DNA of 64,000 bases, taken from the NCBI GenBank assembly GCA_028718375.1, contig JAQULZ010000001.1:5383-69382 (forward strand), given 5' to 3'. The notes below the pieces were generated by a model. The model did not search any database and had not been told where the DNA came from. It worked only from the letters and a program-made list of their open reading frames with translations. Each line of letters starts with the position of its first letter. The stretch's first letter is position 1. Source of the DNA: Victivallaceae bacterium (GTDB taxonomy: Bacteria > Verrucomicrobiota > Lentisphaeria > Victivallales > Victivallaceae). Below, one piece after another: positions 52,877 to 64,000 of the stretch. The position numbers were made by a program, and so were the translations under genes.

Positions 52877-53503
52877 TTAATTCATCCGCTTGAGAAGAAT
52901 ATCAAGCGATTCCTTAGCGAAAATGAGTTTTGAGAAACGAAGCAGCTCATAAACATTGACGCTGGCCGCCTTGCGCAGAACCACATCATCGAGGTTACCC
53001 GTCGCTTTTATGAGGCTTGCCGTATATTCGGGAACGACTATCATGCCGGTACCGGTAAGTTGGAGCGCGTTCAATAATGCCTTGACGCTCTTGGTCTTGC
53101 CGTCCGCAAATTCGATTTTATCGAGCACAATGACGCTGTCTTCTTCGACCCGTTCGGAGAACGCCCTTTTCAGGGCCAGCTGGCGTACTTTTTTATTGAT
53201 TTTCTTGGCATAGCTGCGCGGCGCGGGGCCAAAAATAACCCCGCCGCCGGTCCAGAGCGGACTGCGGCTGCTGCCGGCGCGGGCTCGCCCCAAGCCTTTC
53301 TGGCGGAACGGCTTGGCGCCGCCGCCGCTGACTTCGCCGCGGGTTTTCGTACAGGCCGTACCGGCGCGCTGGCCGGCCAGAAAACCAACTACACACTCAT
53401 GAACCGCCTGGGAGCCTTGCTCAAGTTCAAAGCAATTATCCGGAAGAGCGTATTCTCCAACGACCGCCGCATTACAGTCGACAATTTGTAAAATCTTTGC
53501 CAT
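52877..53503 (-). CDS. rplD: 50S ribosomal protein L4
   Basis: ...[45 protein letters not shown]. Confidence 0.95.
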   Translation of the reverse strand: MAKILQIVDCNAAVVGEYALPDNCFELEQGSQAVHECVVGFLAGQRAGTACTKTRGEVSGGGAKPFRQKGLGRARAGSSRSPLWTGGGVIFGPAPRSYAKKINKKVRQLALKRAFSERVEEDSVIVLDKIEFADGKTKSVKALLNALQLTGTGMIVVPEYTASLIKATGNLDDVVLRKAASVNVYELLRFSKLIFAKESLDILLKRMN

Positions 53504-53520
53504 TTTTCTACCCTTCAGAA

Positions 53521-54165
53521 TTATTTGCCGTTAGTCTTTTTAACTGCGGAACACAAAGCAACCGTACCGCCGACCGGTCCCGGTATCGCCCCTTTGACGA
53601 ACAGAATGTTCTCTTCCGGTATTACCCGGACCACGCGCAGGTTCTGGATCGTCCGGCGGACATTACCCATGTGACCCGGCATTTTTTTGCCTTTATCGAC
53701 CCGTCCCGGAAATTCGCATTGACCGATGGAACCGGTACGCCGTTTCCAGCCGCCGCCGTGAGAATAACGGCCGCCGTTGAAGTTGTAACGCTTGACGACG
53801 CCCTGAAAGCCCCGCCCCTTGACGATCCCGGTAACGTCGAGGAATTCATCCGCTTTAAAAGTGTCGGCGCCGATAACGCTGCCGAGTTCCACTTCGGGAT
53901 CTTTTTCCGTACGGAATTCTTTCACCACTGACGGCAGTTCCGTTTTGAGGCCGGCTTTTTGGAAATGTCCGAGCATGGCTTTGGACACGTTTTTAGCCTT
54001 TTTCGTTCCGAAACCCAACTGAATCGCGGAATATCCGTCGCGGTCTCTGGTCATCACATCGACAACCGTACAAGGCCCGGCCTGAATGACCGTGACGGGA
54101 GTGATTTTCCCGGCTTCATCGAAGACCTGGGACATCCCGAGTTTTTTACCGATTAAACCTTTCAT
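53521..54165 (-). CDS. rplC: 50S ribosomal protein L3
   Basis: MKGLIGKKLGMSQVFDEAGKITPVTVIQAGPC.V...GKGFQGVVKR.NF.GG...HG. Confidence 0.95.
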   Translation of the reverse strand: MKGLIGKKLGMSQVFDEAGKITPVTVIQAGPCTVVDVMTRDRDGYSAIQLGFGTKKAKNVSKAMLGHFQKAGLKTELPSVVKEFRTEKDPEVELGSVIGADTFKADEFLDVTGIVKGRGFQGVVKRYNFNGGRYSHGGGWKRRTGSIGQCEFPGRVDKGKKMPGHMGNVRRTIQNLRVVRVIPEENILFVKGAIPGPVGGTVALCSAVKKTNGK

Positions 54166-54231
54166 ATTTTACTCCTTACTTAAATACGTACCCCCAATCG
54201 GTGGGGAGCATTGGTATTTTGGGAACCTGGA

Positions 54232-54555
54232 TCAGCCCCCGATCTTGATGGAAATATCAACCCCGGCGGGGAGATTAAGCTTTTTCAGTTCATCCACCGT
54301 TTTCACGGTCGGATTGACGATTTCCAGTACCCGCTTATGGGTTCTGATTTCAAACTGTTCCATGGATTTCTTGTTGACGTGCGGCGACCGGTTGACGGCA
54401 AAACGTTCGATCCGCGTCGGCAGCGGAATCGGCCCCACGATCATCGAACCGGTTCTTTTGGCAGTGCCGATAATATCATCCACCGACTTATCCAGAATAC
54501 TATGTTCGTAGGCCTGAAGCCGGATTCTGATTTTCTGCGTTTTCGGGTTGCTCAT
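54232..54555 (-). CDS. rpsJ: 30S ribosomal protein S10
   Basis: [40 protein letters not shown]...F.V.RSPHV.KKS.EQFE.RTHKR. Confidence 0.95.
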   Translation of the reverse strand: MSNPKTQKIRIRLQAYEHSILDKSVDDIIGTAKRTGSMIVGPIPLPTRIERFAVNRSPHVNKKSMEQFEIRTHKRVLEIVNPTVKTVDELKKLNLPAGVDISIKIGG

Positions 54556-54557
54556 GA

Positions 54558-56672
54558 TCAGCTCTTCTCCATTACTTTTTCTTGAATTGTTTTTGGTACG
54601 GGTTCAAAATGCGACGGCTCCATCGAGTACGACGCCCGGCCGCGCGACAGGGAACGAATCGCCGTCGCATAGCCGAATAATTCCGACAGCGGAACATGTG
54701 CCAGAATCCGGGTAAACAGTTCCTGATAATCAGAATCCACTTCAACAATATTACCCCGGCGGGCGGTTACATCGCCGATCAGATCACCCATGTTTTCGTC
54801 CGGAGCGGTGATTTCGACCTTCATGATCGGTTCGAGCAGAATGAGCCGGGCCGCTTTGAGCGCTTCCTTGATGGCCATGGAGCCGGCAATCTTGAACGCC
54901 ATCTCCGACGAATCAACCGGATGATAGGAGCCATCCAGAATATCAACGTGAAAATCCACTACCGGATAACCGGCAAGCACTCCGGTCCGGGCGGCCTCGC
55001 GGATCCCGTTTTCAACCGGTTTGATATATTCCTTGGGAATCCGGCCCCCGACCACCTTGTTCTCAACAGTAACGCCGTGCCCGCGTTCTTTCGGGTAAAT
55101 CTTAATAATGACGTGACCGTATTGTCCCCGGCCGCCGCTCTGGCGGGCAAATTTCATATCGGAACCGGCTTCATTCAGGATGGTCTCGCGATACGCCACT
55201 TCCGGAGCGCCGGTATTGCATTCCACCTTGAACTCGCGCACCAGCCGGTCCTGGATAATTTCCAGATGCAGTTCCCCCATGCCGGCGATGATCGTCTGAC
55301 CGGTTTCTTCATCGCTGCGAACGGAAAACGTCGGATCTTCATCGGCCAGGGCGCCGAGAGCCCGGGAAAGTTTATCGCGGTCGGCGGTGGTTTTAGGTTC
55401 CACCGCAATCGAAATGACCGGATCGGGAAAAGTCATCGCTTCAAGTACGATCAGTTTTTTCTCATCGCAGAGCGTATCGCCGGTAGTCGCGTTTTTCAAC
55501 CCCACCACCGCCGCAATGTCGCCGCTGTAAATATTCTCCCTTTCTTCGCGGCTGTTGGCATGCATCTGAAGCAAACGGCCGAAACGCTCGGATTTACCGG
55601 TACGCGGATTGCATACCGTCATCCCCCGGCTGGCAACGCCGCTGTAAACCCGGATGAAAGTCAGTTTGCCGACAAACGGATCATTCATAATCTTGAACGC
55701 CAGCGCCGCAAACGGCTGATAATCGCCGACATGCCGGGTAAGGGGCTCTCCGGTATCCGGATGCGTCCCGCTGATCTCCCATACGTCCAGCGGGGAAGGC
55801 AGATAATTCGTCACAATATCGAGCAGCGGCTGAACACCCTTATTGCGGAACGCGGCGCCGCAGGCCACCGGAACAACTTTGGCAGCCAGGGTGGCTTTGC
55901 GGACCGCCTGCCGGATCTGTTCTTCCTCCGGAAAGCGGTCTTCCAGAAAAAATTCCATGACATCGTCATCAACTTCCGCCAGACATTCCAGCAGGTGACG
56001 GCGGGCGTTTTCAAGTTTTTCCGCATAGTCCGCAGACACGGCTTCGACCCGCATGGTCGCGCCGGTTTCGTCGCCGTCAAAGTAAATCGCTTTTTGACTG
56101 ATAATATCAATCACGCCTTCAAAATCCGCTTCAGCTCCGATCGGAATCTGCACCGGCAACGGAGTTGCCGAAAGTTTGAACCTGATGTCGTCAATCACCG
56201 CGTAAAAATTAGCTCCGGTACGGTCCATCTTATTGACCATTACCACGATCGGGACATGATACTTCTGGGCCTGCCGCCAGACGGTTTCACTTTGAGGCTG
56301 AACCTTCCCCACGGCGCAAAAAACCGCCACCGCCCCGTCCAGCACCCGCAGCGACCGCTCCACTTCGGCCGTGAAATCCACATGCCCGGGAGTATCGATG
56401 ATATTGATCCGGTGCTCTTTCCAGTAACAGGTTGTGGCGGCGCTGGTAATAGTAATGCCGCGCTCCTGTTCCTGTTCCATCCAGTCCATCGTGGCCGTGC
56501 CTTCATGCACTTCACCGATTTTATAACTGACCCCGCAATAAAACAGGATGCGTTCGGAAAGCGTGGTCTTGCCGGCGTCGATGTGAGCCATGATCCCGAT
56601 ATTCCGGACCCGATTGAGGGGAACATGTCTGCCGGGCGCTTCCCTGTATTCTTTTTTTACCTCATCCGCCAT
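54558..56672 (-). CDS. fusA: Elongation factor G
   Basis: [23 protein letters not shown] (G1), DTPGHVDF (G3), NKMDR (G4). Full five-domain length (704 aa). Confidence 0.96.
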   Translation of the reverse strand: MADEVKKEYREAPGRHVPLNRVRNIGIMAHIDAGKTTLSERILFYCGVSYKIGEVHEGTATMDWMEQEQERGITITSAATTCYWKEHRINIIDTPGHVDFTAEVERSLRVLDGAVAVFCAVGKVQPQSETVWRQAQKYHVPIVVMVNKMDRTGANFYAVIDDIRFKLSATPLPVQIPIGAEADFEGVIDIISQKAIYFDGDETGATMRVEAVSADYAEKLENARRHLLECLAEVDDDVMEFFLEDRFPEEEQIRQAVRKATLAAKVVPVACGAAFRNKGVQPLLDIVTNYLPSPLDVWEISGTHPDTGEPLTRHVGDYQPFAALAFKIMNDPFVGKLTFIRVYSGVASRGMTVCNPRTGKSERFGRLLQMHANSREERENIYSGDIAAVVGLKNATTGDTLCDEKKLIVLEAMTFPDPVISIAVEPKTTADRDKLSRALGALADEDPTFSVRSDEETGQTIIAGMGELHLEIIQDRLVREFKVECNTGAPEVAYRETILNEAGSDMKFARQSGGRGQYGHVIIKIYPKERGHGVTVENKVVGGRIPKEYIKPVENGIREAARTGVLAGYPVVDFHVDILDGSYHPVDSSEMAFKIAGSMAIKEALKAARLILLEPIMKVEITAPDENMGDLIGDVTARRGNIVEVDSDYQELFTRILAHVPLSELFGYATAIRSLSRGRASYSMEPSHFEPVPKTIQEKVMEKS

Positions 56673-56684
56673 GTTTATCCTTAA

Positions 56685-57155
56685 TTACCACCTGTAATGG
56701 GCAAACGCCTTGTTGGCCTGGGCCATCTTAAAGGTTTCTTCCCGCTTCTTGACCGAAGCGCCCGTGTTTTCAAAAGCATCGAGCAGCTCGGCGGCCAGAG
56801 CTTCCATCATCGACTTGCCTTTCTTGCCTTTCGAATAACTCACAATCCAGCGCAGCGCCAGCGCCACCTGCCGTTCGGCGCTGACTTCTACCGGCACCTG
56901 GTAAGTCGCTCCGCCCACCCGGCGGCTTTTGACTTCCAGTTTGGGTTTTACGTTTTCCAGAGCCTGGAGGAATACTTCCAGCGGCTCCATGCCGTTCTTT
57001 TTTTTCTGGATTTCATCGAATGCACCGTAAACGATAGCCTGCGCCGTGGATTTCTTGCCGCGGCTCATAATAGTATTGATTAACCGGGAAACCAGTTCAC
57101 TATTATATTTGACATCCGGTGCCAGTTGCCGTTTTTCCGGTCTGCGTCTTCTCAT
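56685..57155 (-). CDS. rpsG: 30S ribosomal protein S7
   Basis: [34 protein letters not shown]...[19 protein letters not shown]...AFAHYRW. Confidence 0.95.
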   Translation of the reverse strand: MRRRRPEKRQLAPDVKYNSELVSRLINTIMSRGKKSTAQAIVYGAFDEIQKKKNGMEPLEVFLQALENVKPKLEVKSRRVGGATYQVPVEVSAERQVALALRWIVSYSKGKKGKSMMEALAAELLDAFENTGASVKKREETFKMAQANKAFAHYRW

Positions 57156-57250
57156 AAGTTGTCCCTTCCGTTCTGGCTTTAACTAAAAACTGTTACAATA
57201 TAACTGCCGGCATCAGACGATGTCGGCAGTATGCTCCTTAACTCACCATC

Positions 57251-57622
57251 CTATTTAGGACGCTTCACGCCGTATTTGGACCTGCCCTGCTTGCGGTTGT
57301 TCACCCCCAGGCTGTCCAGAGCGCCGCGCACGACATGGTAACGCACCCCCGGCAAATCGCGCACCCGGCCGCCTTTCACCAGCACCACCGAGTGTTCCTG
57401 CAGATTGTGCCCTTCGCCGCCGATGTAGGCCGTAACTTCCTGGCCGTTGGTCAGGCGCACCCGGGCGATTTTCCGCAAGGCGGAATTCGGTTTCTTGGGC
57501 GTCCGGGTAGTAACCTGCAGACAGACGCCGCGGCGCTGCGGACAACTGTCCAGAGCCCGCGATTTACTTTTCTTGGTTTTTGTTTCCCGTCCTTTACGGA
57601 CTAACTGATTAATGGTTGGCAT
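57251..57622 (-). CDS. rpsL: 30S ribosomal protein S12
   Basis: [12 protein letters not shown]...[69 protein letters not shown]. Confidence 0.96.
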   Translation of the reverse strand: MPTINQLVRKGRETKTKKSKSRALDSCPQRRGVCLQVTTRTPKKPNSALRKIARVRLTNGQEVTAYIGGEGHNLQEHSVVLVKGGRVRDLPGVRYHVVRGALDSLGVNNRKQGRSKYGVKRPK

Positions 57623-57759
57623 TTTCTTACCCGTATTTATTAATCGTTCGTTTAAAGTTATGTCAAAAGGCTTTAAGATACTTTACTTTTGCGGTTTTAC
57701 AAATTTTTTCCCGTTTTTTTAGCTAAAAACCATCCCGGAACCTCCTGAATAACCCTTTT

Positions 57760-60700
57760 TCATTCCTCCGGTTCTTCAAAATCAGGTTCCATTTCGATTA
57801 TTTCCGGTTCAACTTCATCGCCGAGATACTGCAATTGGATGTTCTGCATTTCCGCGGTACCCGTGCCGGCCGGAATCAAATGACCGGTAATGACGTTTTC
57901 CTTGAAACCCGCCAGCTGGTCTTCCTTGCCCAGGGTTGCGGCCTCGGTAAGAATCCGCGTCGTATCCTGGAATGACGCCGCCGAAATGAAACTTTCGGTT
58001 TCCAGGGTAGCTTTGGTTATTCCCAGCACGATCGGTTCGGCTTCGGCCGGCTTGCCGCCCTGAGCGATAACGCGGCGGTTTTCTTTTTCGAACGCCCGGC
58101 CGTCGACCTGTTCTCCGTTCAGATAAATGGTTGAACCCTGATCGGTAATGCGGACTTTCTGCATCATCTGATGGACGATGACCTCAATATGCTTGTCGTT
58201 GATCTCTACGCCCTGGGCGCGATACACCAACTGGATTTCATCGACCAGATAACGCTGGAGTTCCTGCGGACCGCAGATTTCCAGCAGCGAATGGGGAACG
58301 ATGGAACCTTCGGTGAGTTTTTGTCCTTTATGAACCAGATCGCCTTTGCTTACCGACAGGTGCTTGTAGGCCGGAATATTATTGTGTTCTTCGGTAATAC
58401 CGGTTTCGGGATCGCGGATCACCAGCTGGCGTTTGCCGCGCACCATCTTATCCACTTCAATGATTCCGTCGATCCGGGCGATTTCCGCAATATCCTTGGG
58501 AATGCGGGCTTCGAACAGTTCCGAAATCCGCGGCAGACCGCCGGTGATGTCCTTGTTCTTGGCCGCCTGACGCGGAACGCGCGCCAAAGCCATTCCCGGG
58601 GTAACCTTGGCACCGGCCGCAGTCATCAGAAACGCGCCGGCCGGCAGCGGATAATTGGCCAGAAATTCGCCCCGGGCATCGGTAATGACGATTTGCGGAT
58701 GCAGGTCTTCCCGATGTTCCATTACCGTGATTTCTTCGGTCCCGCCGCGTTTCGACCGGTTCAGAGTTACGCCTTCGACCAGGTCATGCAACTCGACCAC
58801 CCCTTCTTCTTCGGCTATGATCGGCACATGGTAGGGATCCCAGTAAACAAACCGTTCGTTGGCCTTGACTTTATCACCGTCGTTTTTCTGCAGAATAGCT
58901 CCGGTTTCAAGTTCGTACCGTTCAAGTTCGGCTTCGCGCAGCGCGTCCGTCGTGAAATCATATTTTGCATTATAGAACGAACCGATCGCTTCCGCTTCCT
59001 CCTTGGCTTTCTGGCGGTTTTTCGCCTCGATTACCTTAGCCGCTTCCGCGTCGTAAATCGACACATAACCCGTCTTGTTGACGACTACCGTTTCGCCTTT
59101 CTGGTTTTCGACCGTCCGCACATTCATCAATTTTATCGTCCCGGCGTTGCGGGCCGCAATAACCGGCTGTTTGTAGGCCGAAGAGGCCGTGCCGCCGATA
59201 TGGAACGTCCGCATGGTCAACTGGGTACCGGGCTCGCCGATCGACTGCGCGGCAATGATGCCGAGCGCATCGCCGGGCTCCGCCAGCCGGGTGCTGGTCA
59301 GGTTGCGGCCGTAACATTTCACGCAAACGCCGTGCTCGATCTCACAAGTCAGGATAGACCGGATAATGACCTTCAAAATGCCGCGTTTCTCAACCAAAGC
59401 GGCTTTTTCCGGGGTGAATTCTTCGTTGGCGGCAACGATCAGACGACCGTCGTCAAAAGCGGGGTCCTTGATATCCATGGCGCTGAACCGACCGACAATC
59501 CGCTCCCGGAGCGGCAGTACTACTTCATCGCCTTCAACGATCGCGGAAACCCAGATGCCTTTTATCGTACCGCAGTCTTCGCTGCGGCAAATAATATCCT
59601 GGGCCACGTCGACCAGCTTCCGGGTCATATAACCGGATTCCGCCGTTTTCAGAGCGGTATCGGCCAGACCCTTGCGGGCGCCGTGGGTACTGATGAAATA
59701 TTCCAGCACCGTCAGGCCTTCCCGGAAATTCGAGGTGATCGGCTGTTCCATGATGTCGCCGGAGGGCTTGGCCACCAGACCGCGCATCCCCGCCAGCTGG
59801 CGAACCTGATCCCGGCTGCCGCGGGCGCCGGAATCGAGCATGGCGTAAACTGAGTTCACTTTGCCTTTGAAAGACTCGTCTTCAAGTTTCTTGAACAGTT
59901 CGTTCGCCACATTATTACTGGTCTGAGTCCAGATGTCGATAATCTTGTTATGACGTTCTCCGGCGGTCAGAACCCCGTTATCGTATTGGCGGACGACCTT
60001 CGTAATCTGCTCCCGGGCAGAATTGATCAGTTTGTCCTTGGTTTCCGGGATCACCATGTCCGTAATGGAGATGGAGAAGCCGGCCAGGGTAGCGTATTTG
60101 TAACCCAGGTCTTTCAACTTATCCAGAAGCGCTACGGTAGCTTCGTTGCCGACGATCTTATACGAACTGTTGACCAGCGCCCCCAGTTCCTTTTTCTTGG
60201 CCACCGCATTGTAAAAACCGAGCCGGTCATCCCAGATTTCGTTGAAAATACACCGGCCGGGCGTGGTCATAATATATTTACCGGTACTGTCGCCGTATTC
60301 GGTTTTCCGGCCGAAATCGGGATTCGGTATCCGGACGGCATCATGAATATGGATTTGTCTGTTATGCAGCGCATACAGTACTTCAAAATAATCCTTGTAA
60401 GTCCGGGCCTTGTCCTTATGCAGCGGATCACGGGTCAGGTAATAGGTTCCCAAGGTAATATCATGGGTCGGAGTCATGATCGGCCTGCCGTTCGCCGGCC
60501 CGAAAATGTTGTTCGGGGCCAGCATCAAAAGTTTGGTTTCCATCTGGGCTTCGTTGGACAGCGGGACGTGCACCGCCATCTGGTCGCCGTCGAAGTCGGC
60601 GTTGTAAGCGGTACAGACCAGCGGGTGAAGCCGGATAGCGGAACCCTCGATCAGCACGGAGTCAAAGGCCTGGATACTCAGCCGGTGCAGGGTCGGGGCG

Positions 60701-61983
60701 CGGTTGAGCATCACCGGATGTCCTTTCGTAACTTCCTCGAGAATATCCCAGACCACGGTTTCGCCGCGTTCAATCATCTTCTTGGCGCCGCGGACAGTGT
60801 GAGCATAACCGCGGTCTTTCAAATGGTGGATGATAAACGGTTCAAACAGGATCAACGCCATAGTTTTCGGCAAGCCGCACTGGTGCAGTTTGAGTTCCGG
60901 GCCGACGACAATGACCGAACGGCCGGAATAATCGACCCGTTTACCGAGCAGGTTCTGGCGGAATCGTCCCTGTTTGCCTTTCAACATGTCGCTGAGCGAT
61001 TTCAGCGGCCGATTGCCGGCGCCGGTAACGGCGCGGCCGTGACGGCCGTTGTCGATCAGGGCATCGACCGCTTCCTGGAGCATCCGTTTCTCATTGCGGA
61101 TGATGACTTCGGGAGTACTTAACTGCAACAGGTTTTTCAGCCGGTTGTTGCGGTTGATGACCCGGCGATAAAGATCATTCAGATCCGAAGTCGCGAAGCG
61201 GCCGCCTTCCAGAGGCACCAGCGGCCGCAAATCCGGCGGAATCACCGGCAGCACCGTCATCACCATCCATTCGGGACGGGAATTGCTCCGGATAAAACCT
61301 TCCACCAGCCGCAGCCGCTTGGCCAGTTTTTTGCGGATGGCCTTGTTTTTCGTTTCGTCCAGACTGACTTCAAGCTGAGTTTTCAGCGCCGGCAGGTCGA
61401 TCCTTTCGAGCAAGGTAAAAATCGCCGCGGCGCCCATATCCGCCTCGAAAGCAGCGCCGTAATCTTCCCGCGCCTGGCGGTATTCGTGTTCGCTCATGGT
61501 CTGCCCGACTTCCAGCGGGGTATCTCCCTGTCCGGTAATTACCCAGTCTTCATAGTAAACCACCCGTTCCAGGGATTTGGCGGTCATATCCAGCATCAGC
61601 CCGATCCGGCTCGGCATACATTTGAAAAACCAGATATGGGTCACGGGCACCGCCAGCTCGATATGGCCGAGCCGGTCCCGTCTGACCTTGGACTGGGTCA
61701 CTTCGACGCCGCAGCGGTCGCAGATGATGCCCTTGTGTTTGACGCGTTTATATTTGCCGCAGTTACATTCCCAGTCGCGCGTGGGACCGAAAATCTTTTC
61801 GCAGAACAGTCCGCCCTTTTCCGGTTTGAAACTGCGGTAATTGATGGTCTCGGGGTTTTTGACTTCGCCGAAACTCCACGACCGAATGACGTCGGGAGAG
61901 GCAACATTTATTGAAACCGCTTCGAACGAATTCGTTGAAGACTTGCCGAGCAATTCTCGGTAGGCATAAGTATTGTCAATCAA
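57760..61983 (-). CDS. rpoC: DNA-directed RNA polymerase subunit beta'
   Basis: Zinc-binding [23 protein letters not shown], catalytic [12 protein letters not shown], trigger loop and bridge helix regions. 1407 aa. Confidence 0.97.
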   Translation of the reverse strand: MIDNTYAYRELLGKSSTNSFEAVSINVASPDVIRSWSFGEVKNPETINYRSFKPEKGGLFCEKIFGPTRDWECNCGKYKRVKHKGIICDRCGVEVTQSKVRRDRLGHIELAVPVTHIWFFKCMPSRIGLMLDMTAKSLERVVYYEDWVITGQGDTPLEVGQTMSEHEYRQAREDYGAAFEADMGAAAIFTLLERIDLPALKTQLEVSLDETKNKAIRKKLAKRLRLVEGFIRSNSRPEWMVMTVLPVIPPDLRPLVPLEGGRFATSDLNDLYRRVINRNNRLKNLLQLSTPEVIIRNEKRMLQEAVDALIDNGRHGRAVTGAGNRPLKSLSDMLKGKQGRFRQNLLGKRVDYSGRSVIVVGPELKLHQCGLPKTMALILFEPFIIHHLKDRGYAHTVRGAKKMIERGETVVWDILEEVTKGHPVMLNRAPTLHRLSIQAFDSVLIEGSAIRLHPLVCTAYNADFDGDQMAVHVPLSNEAQMETKLLMLAPNNIFGPANGRPIMTPTHDITLGTYYLTRDPLHKDKARTYKDYFEVLYALHNRQIHIHDAVRIPNPDFGRKTEYGDSTGKYIMTTPGRCIFNEIWDDRLGFYNAVAKKKELGALVNSSYKIVGNEATVALLDKLKDLGYKYATLAGFSISITDMVIPETKDKLINSAREQITKVVRQYDNGVLTAGERHNKIIDIWTQTSNNVANELFKKLEDESFKGKVNSVYAMLDSGARGSRDQVRQLAGMRGLVAKPSGDIMEQPITSNFREGLTVLEYFISTHGARKGLADTALKTAESGYMTRKLVDVAQDIICRSEDCGTIKGIWVSAIVEGDEVVLPLRERIVGRFSAMDIKDPAFDDGRLIVAANEEFTPEKAALVEKRGILKVIIRSILTCEIEHGVCVKCYGRNLTSTRLAEPGDALGIIAAQSIGEPGTQLTMRTFHIGGTASSAYKQPVIAARNAGTIKLMNVRTVENQKGETVVVNKTGYVSIYDAEAAKVIEAKNRQKAKEEAEAIGSFYNAKYDFTTDALREAELERYELETGAILQKNDGDKVKANERFVYWDPYHVPIIAEEEGVVELHDLVEGVTLNRSKRGGTEEITVMEHREDLHPQIVITDARGEFLANYPLPAGAFLMTAAGAKVTPGMALARVPRQAAKNKDITGGLPRISELFEARIPKDIAEIARIDGIIEVDKMVRGKRQLVIRDPETGITEEHNNIPAYKHLSVSKGDLVHKGQKLTEGSIVPHSLLEICGPQELQRYLVDEIQLVYRAQGVEINDKHIEVIVHQMMQKVRITDQGSTIYLNGEQVDGRAFEKENRRVIAQGGKPAEAEPIVLGITKATLETESFISAASFQDTTRILTEAATLGKEDQLAGFKENVITGHLIPAGTGTAEMQNIQLQYLGDEVEPEIIEMEPDFEEPEE

Positions 61984-61998
61984 GGTTCATTCCTCCGG

Positions 61999-64000
61999 CT
62001 ATTGGTTTGCATGGCTTTTTTTAACAGTGCGAATATCCAGGCCAAGGCTCTGCATTTCCTTCAGCAGCACGTTAAAGGATTCAGGTCTTCCGGCATCCAG
62101 GACATTGTGTCCCTTCACAATCGACTCGTAAATCCGGGCCCGCCCGGACACGTCGTCACTTTTGACGGTAAGCATTTCCTGCAAGGTATAAGCCACCCCG
62201 TAAGCTTCCAGGGCCCAGACTTCCATTTCGCCGAAGCGCTGACCGCCGTGCTGAGCTTTGCTGCCGAGCGGCTGCTGGGTGACCAGCGAATACGGTCCGA
62301 CGGCGCGCGCATGGATTTTGTTCGCTACCAGGTGGTCGAGTTTCAGCATGTAAATCTGCCCGACCATGACCCGCTGATCAAAGGCATTCCCGGTACGGCC
62401 GTCGTAAAGCACGGTCTTGCCGTCATAAACCAGACCATCCGCGGTTTCCCGGAAGCCCCAGTGATAATTGCGCCTCTCGATTTTCGCGTTTTCTTCGTTG
62501 GCTTTGGTCATCAACTCGACGATCCGCTTTTCGGAAACCCCGTCAAATACCGGCGAAGACACTTTCATCCCCAGCATTTTGGCCGCCCAGCCCAAATGAG
62601 TTTCCAAAACCTGGCCGACGTTCATGCGTGAAGGCACGCCGAGCGGGTTAAGGACAATATCAACCGGCCGGCCGTCGTCCATATAAGGCATGTCTTCGAC
62701 GGCGACGATATTGGAGACGATCCCCTTGTTGCCGTGCCGGCCGGCCATTTTATCGCCGACCTGCAAAGTGCGTTTGCAGGCGATATAAACCTTGACCCGC
62801 TTGATGACGCCGGGATCGACGGATTCGCCGCTTTCCAGGGTTTCGACCGCATCCTTGCGGGTATTTTCGTTTTCCTCGAAACGCGGCGCATAGACGGTAA
62901 TAATCTTTTCAATCGATTTCTTCAGCGGGCAATCCGCCATCCGCCAGCTGTCATATTTATTGGCCAGCTTCAGAATCGAACTGCGGGTAACTTTCCGGTT
63001 GGAACTGATCAGGATGGCGTTGTCCTTGCTGGAGGAGTCATCGTAAATCGAATGCGGCAGTTTCTGCCCCAGCATCAGGTCAGCCAGCCGGTCGGCGAGT
63101 TCCTCGACCAACTCGTTCAGCACCATTTTATAATTATCCTTGACGAATTTGACCTGGCGGCGCAGTTCGGATTTGGTCATGGTCAACTGATTCGGATCCT
63201 GGGCATATTCATAACGGACATCCATAACGACTCCGCCTTTGCCGCTGCTCACTATCAGGCTCGAATCCTTGACGTCCGCGGCCTTTTCGCCGAAAATAGC
63301 CCGCAGCAGCCGTTCTTCCGGCGCCAGTTCGGTTTCGCTCTTGGGAGTAATCTTCCCGACCAGGATATCGCCGGGCTTGACTTCCGCTCCAAGTGAAACC
63401 ACCCCGTCCACGCCCAGATTGCGCAATGCTTCCTCACTGACATTGGGAATATCGCGGGTAATTTCCTCCGGGCCAAGTTTGGTTTCCCGGCTGATAATTT
63501 CAAATTCATCAATATGGATACTGGTGTAAACGTCATCCCGGACGAGCCGTTCGCTGACGACGATCGCATCTTCAAAATTATAGCCGCCCCAAGGCATGAA
63601 CGCCACCATCAGGTTTTTGCCCAAAGCGAGTTCGCCGTTAGAAGTGGCGGCGCCGTCGGCAATCACCTGGCCGGCCTTGATCTGCTGACCGCTGCAGACC
63701 AGCGGCCGCTGATTGATGCAGGTGCCGTTATTGGTGCGCATGAATTTGATCAGTTCATAAACCTCGGCTGAATCCGGGGCGGCGGTCTTTTTAAGCGGCA
63801 GGCCGTCCGCGGTTATGACGATCCGGGCGGCGGAAACTTCCGCGACTATCCCGTCCTTAACCGCACAAACCACCGCCCGCGCATCCTGCGCCACCCGGCC
63901 TTCCAGACCGGTACCCACCAGCGGTTCCTCCGTCTTCAGCAGCGGTACGGCCTGGCGCTGCATATTGGAACCCATCAGCGCCCGGTTGGCATCGTCGTGC
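61999..64000 (-). CDS. rpoB: DNA-directed RNA polymerase subunit beta; N-terminal part lies beyond the window end
   Basis: C-terminal two-thirds of RpoB: [11 protein letters not shown], ...[15 protein letters not shown]..., ...[17 protein letters not shown].... The frame stays open to position 64000. Confidence 0.96.
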   Translation of the reverse strand, partial: HDDANRALMGSNMQRQAVPLLKTEEPLVGTGLEGRVAQDARAVVCAVKDGIVAEVSAARIVITADGLPLKKTAAPDSAEVYELIKFMRTNNGTCINQRPLVCSGQQIKAGQVIADGAATSNGELALGKNLMVAFMPWGGYNFEDAIVVSERLVRDDVYTSIHIDEFEIISRETKLGPEEITRDIPNVSEEALRNLGVDGVVSLGAEVKPGDILVGKITPKSETELAPEERLLRAIFGEKAADVKDSSLIVSSGKGGVVMDVRYEYAQDPNQLTMTKSELRRQVKFVKDNYKMVLNELVEELADRLADLMLGQKLPHSIYDDSSSKDNAILISSNRKVTRSSILKLANKYDSWRMADCPLKKSIEKIITVYAPRFEENENTRKDAVETLESGESVDPGVIKRVKVYIACKRTLQVGDKMAGRHGNKGIVSNIVAVEDMPYMDDGRPVDIVLNPLGVPSRMNVGQVLETHLGWAAKMLGMKVSSPVFDGVSEKRIVELMTKANEENAKIERRNYHWGFRETADGLVYDGKTVLYDGRTGNAFDQRVMVGQIYMLKLDHLVANKIHARAVGPYSLVTQQPLGSKAQHGGQRFGEMEVWALEAYGVAYTLQEMLTVKSDDVSGRARIYESIVKGHNVLDAGRPESFNVLLKEMQSLGLDIRTVKKSHANQ

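Noticed and set aside
54556-54557. Absence of tuf between fusA and rpsJ, with only a 2-nt gap and therefore no S10 leader.
   Set aside because: Locating tuf elsewhere (with the secE-nusG cluster) and fusing the str and S10 operons is, to my knowledge, lineage-typical in several phyla, so it is not an anomaly by itself. The break after rpsS is the unusual part.
54696-56684. A 662-aa ORF on the plus strand spanning almost all of fusA. Similar long antisense ORFs lie opposite rpoC (58171-59853, 59950-61122), the PilT-PilT gene (18596-20158), lysC (48941-50131) and the XPB-like helicase (37548-38552).
   Set aside because: Each lies opposite a gene with unmistakable conserved motifs. Their translations are Arg/Gly/Pro/Ala-rich and low in complexity, and I recognise no motif in them. 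Long stop-free antisense frames are expected in GC-rich, codon-biased genes.
1-64000. A search of all intergenic regions for CRISPR arrays, tRNA/rRNA genes, integrases, transposases and prophage genes.
   Set aside because: None seen. I found no regularly spaced direct repeats, no cloverleaf-compatible sequences in the gaps, and no recombinase-like ORFs. The islands described therefore lack visible autonomous mobility functions within this window.

Overview
This is a 64-kb chromosomal segment from a moderately GC-rich diderm bacterium. MlaA, type IV pilus/T2SS-type ATPases and a str operon fused to the S10 operon without tuf would fit a PVC-type lineage, but taxonomy cannot be settled from the sequence alone. 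I can support 54 protein-coding genes and saw no rRNA, tRNA or CRISPR array. Most of the window is housekeeping: rarA, uvrC, accBC, aroQ/aroA, alr, corA, ispF, dut, tadA, coaX, trpF, ilvH, a metK-adenosine kinase-ahcY methyl-cycle operon, hom-lysC, and rpoB-rpoC-rpsL-rpsG-fusA-rpsJ-rplCDWB-rpsS. Several accessory or unusual parts stand out. (1) A cassette of a small 2-TM protein, an XPB-like helicase and a DUF790/Bax1-like nuclease (36.9-39.9 kb) is bracketed by three copies of a 23-nt sequence. That sequence also supplies the last codons of both ilvH and the DUF790 gene. (2) A 160-bp MITE-like element occurs twice (39975-40134 and 51310-51469). The second copy abuts the rpsS stop codon exactly where the S10 operon breaks off, with no rplV following. 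(3) A fused nucleotidyltransferase-HEPN gene with a near-consensus, apparently leaderless promoter sits in that break. (4) A locus rich in secretion ATPases holds a fused PilT-PilT protein, two PilB/GspE paralogs, PilT and a PilC/GspF platform protein, but no pilins or secretin. (5) An MlaA domain is fused to an alpha/beta hydrolase. (6) An AT-rich islet encodes a NucS-like/DUF5655 nuclease next to an SbcD/SbcC-like (YhaO/YhaN-type) pair, whose ATPase has a hydrophobic hairpin in the middle of its coiled coil. (7) Two GC-rich hairpin clusters with mutually exclusive pairings lie at the housekeeping/accessory junctions. No integrase or transposase is visible anywhere in the window. All functional calls come from motif recognition by eye. 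No database search was run.
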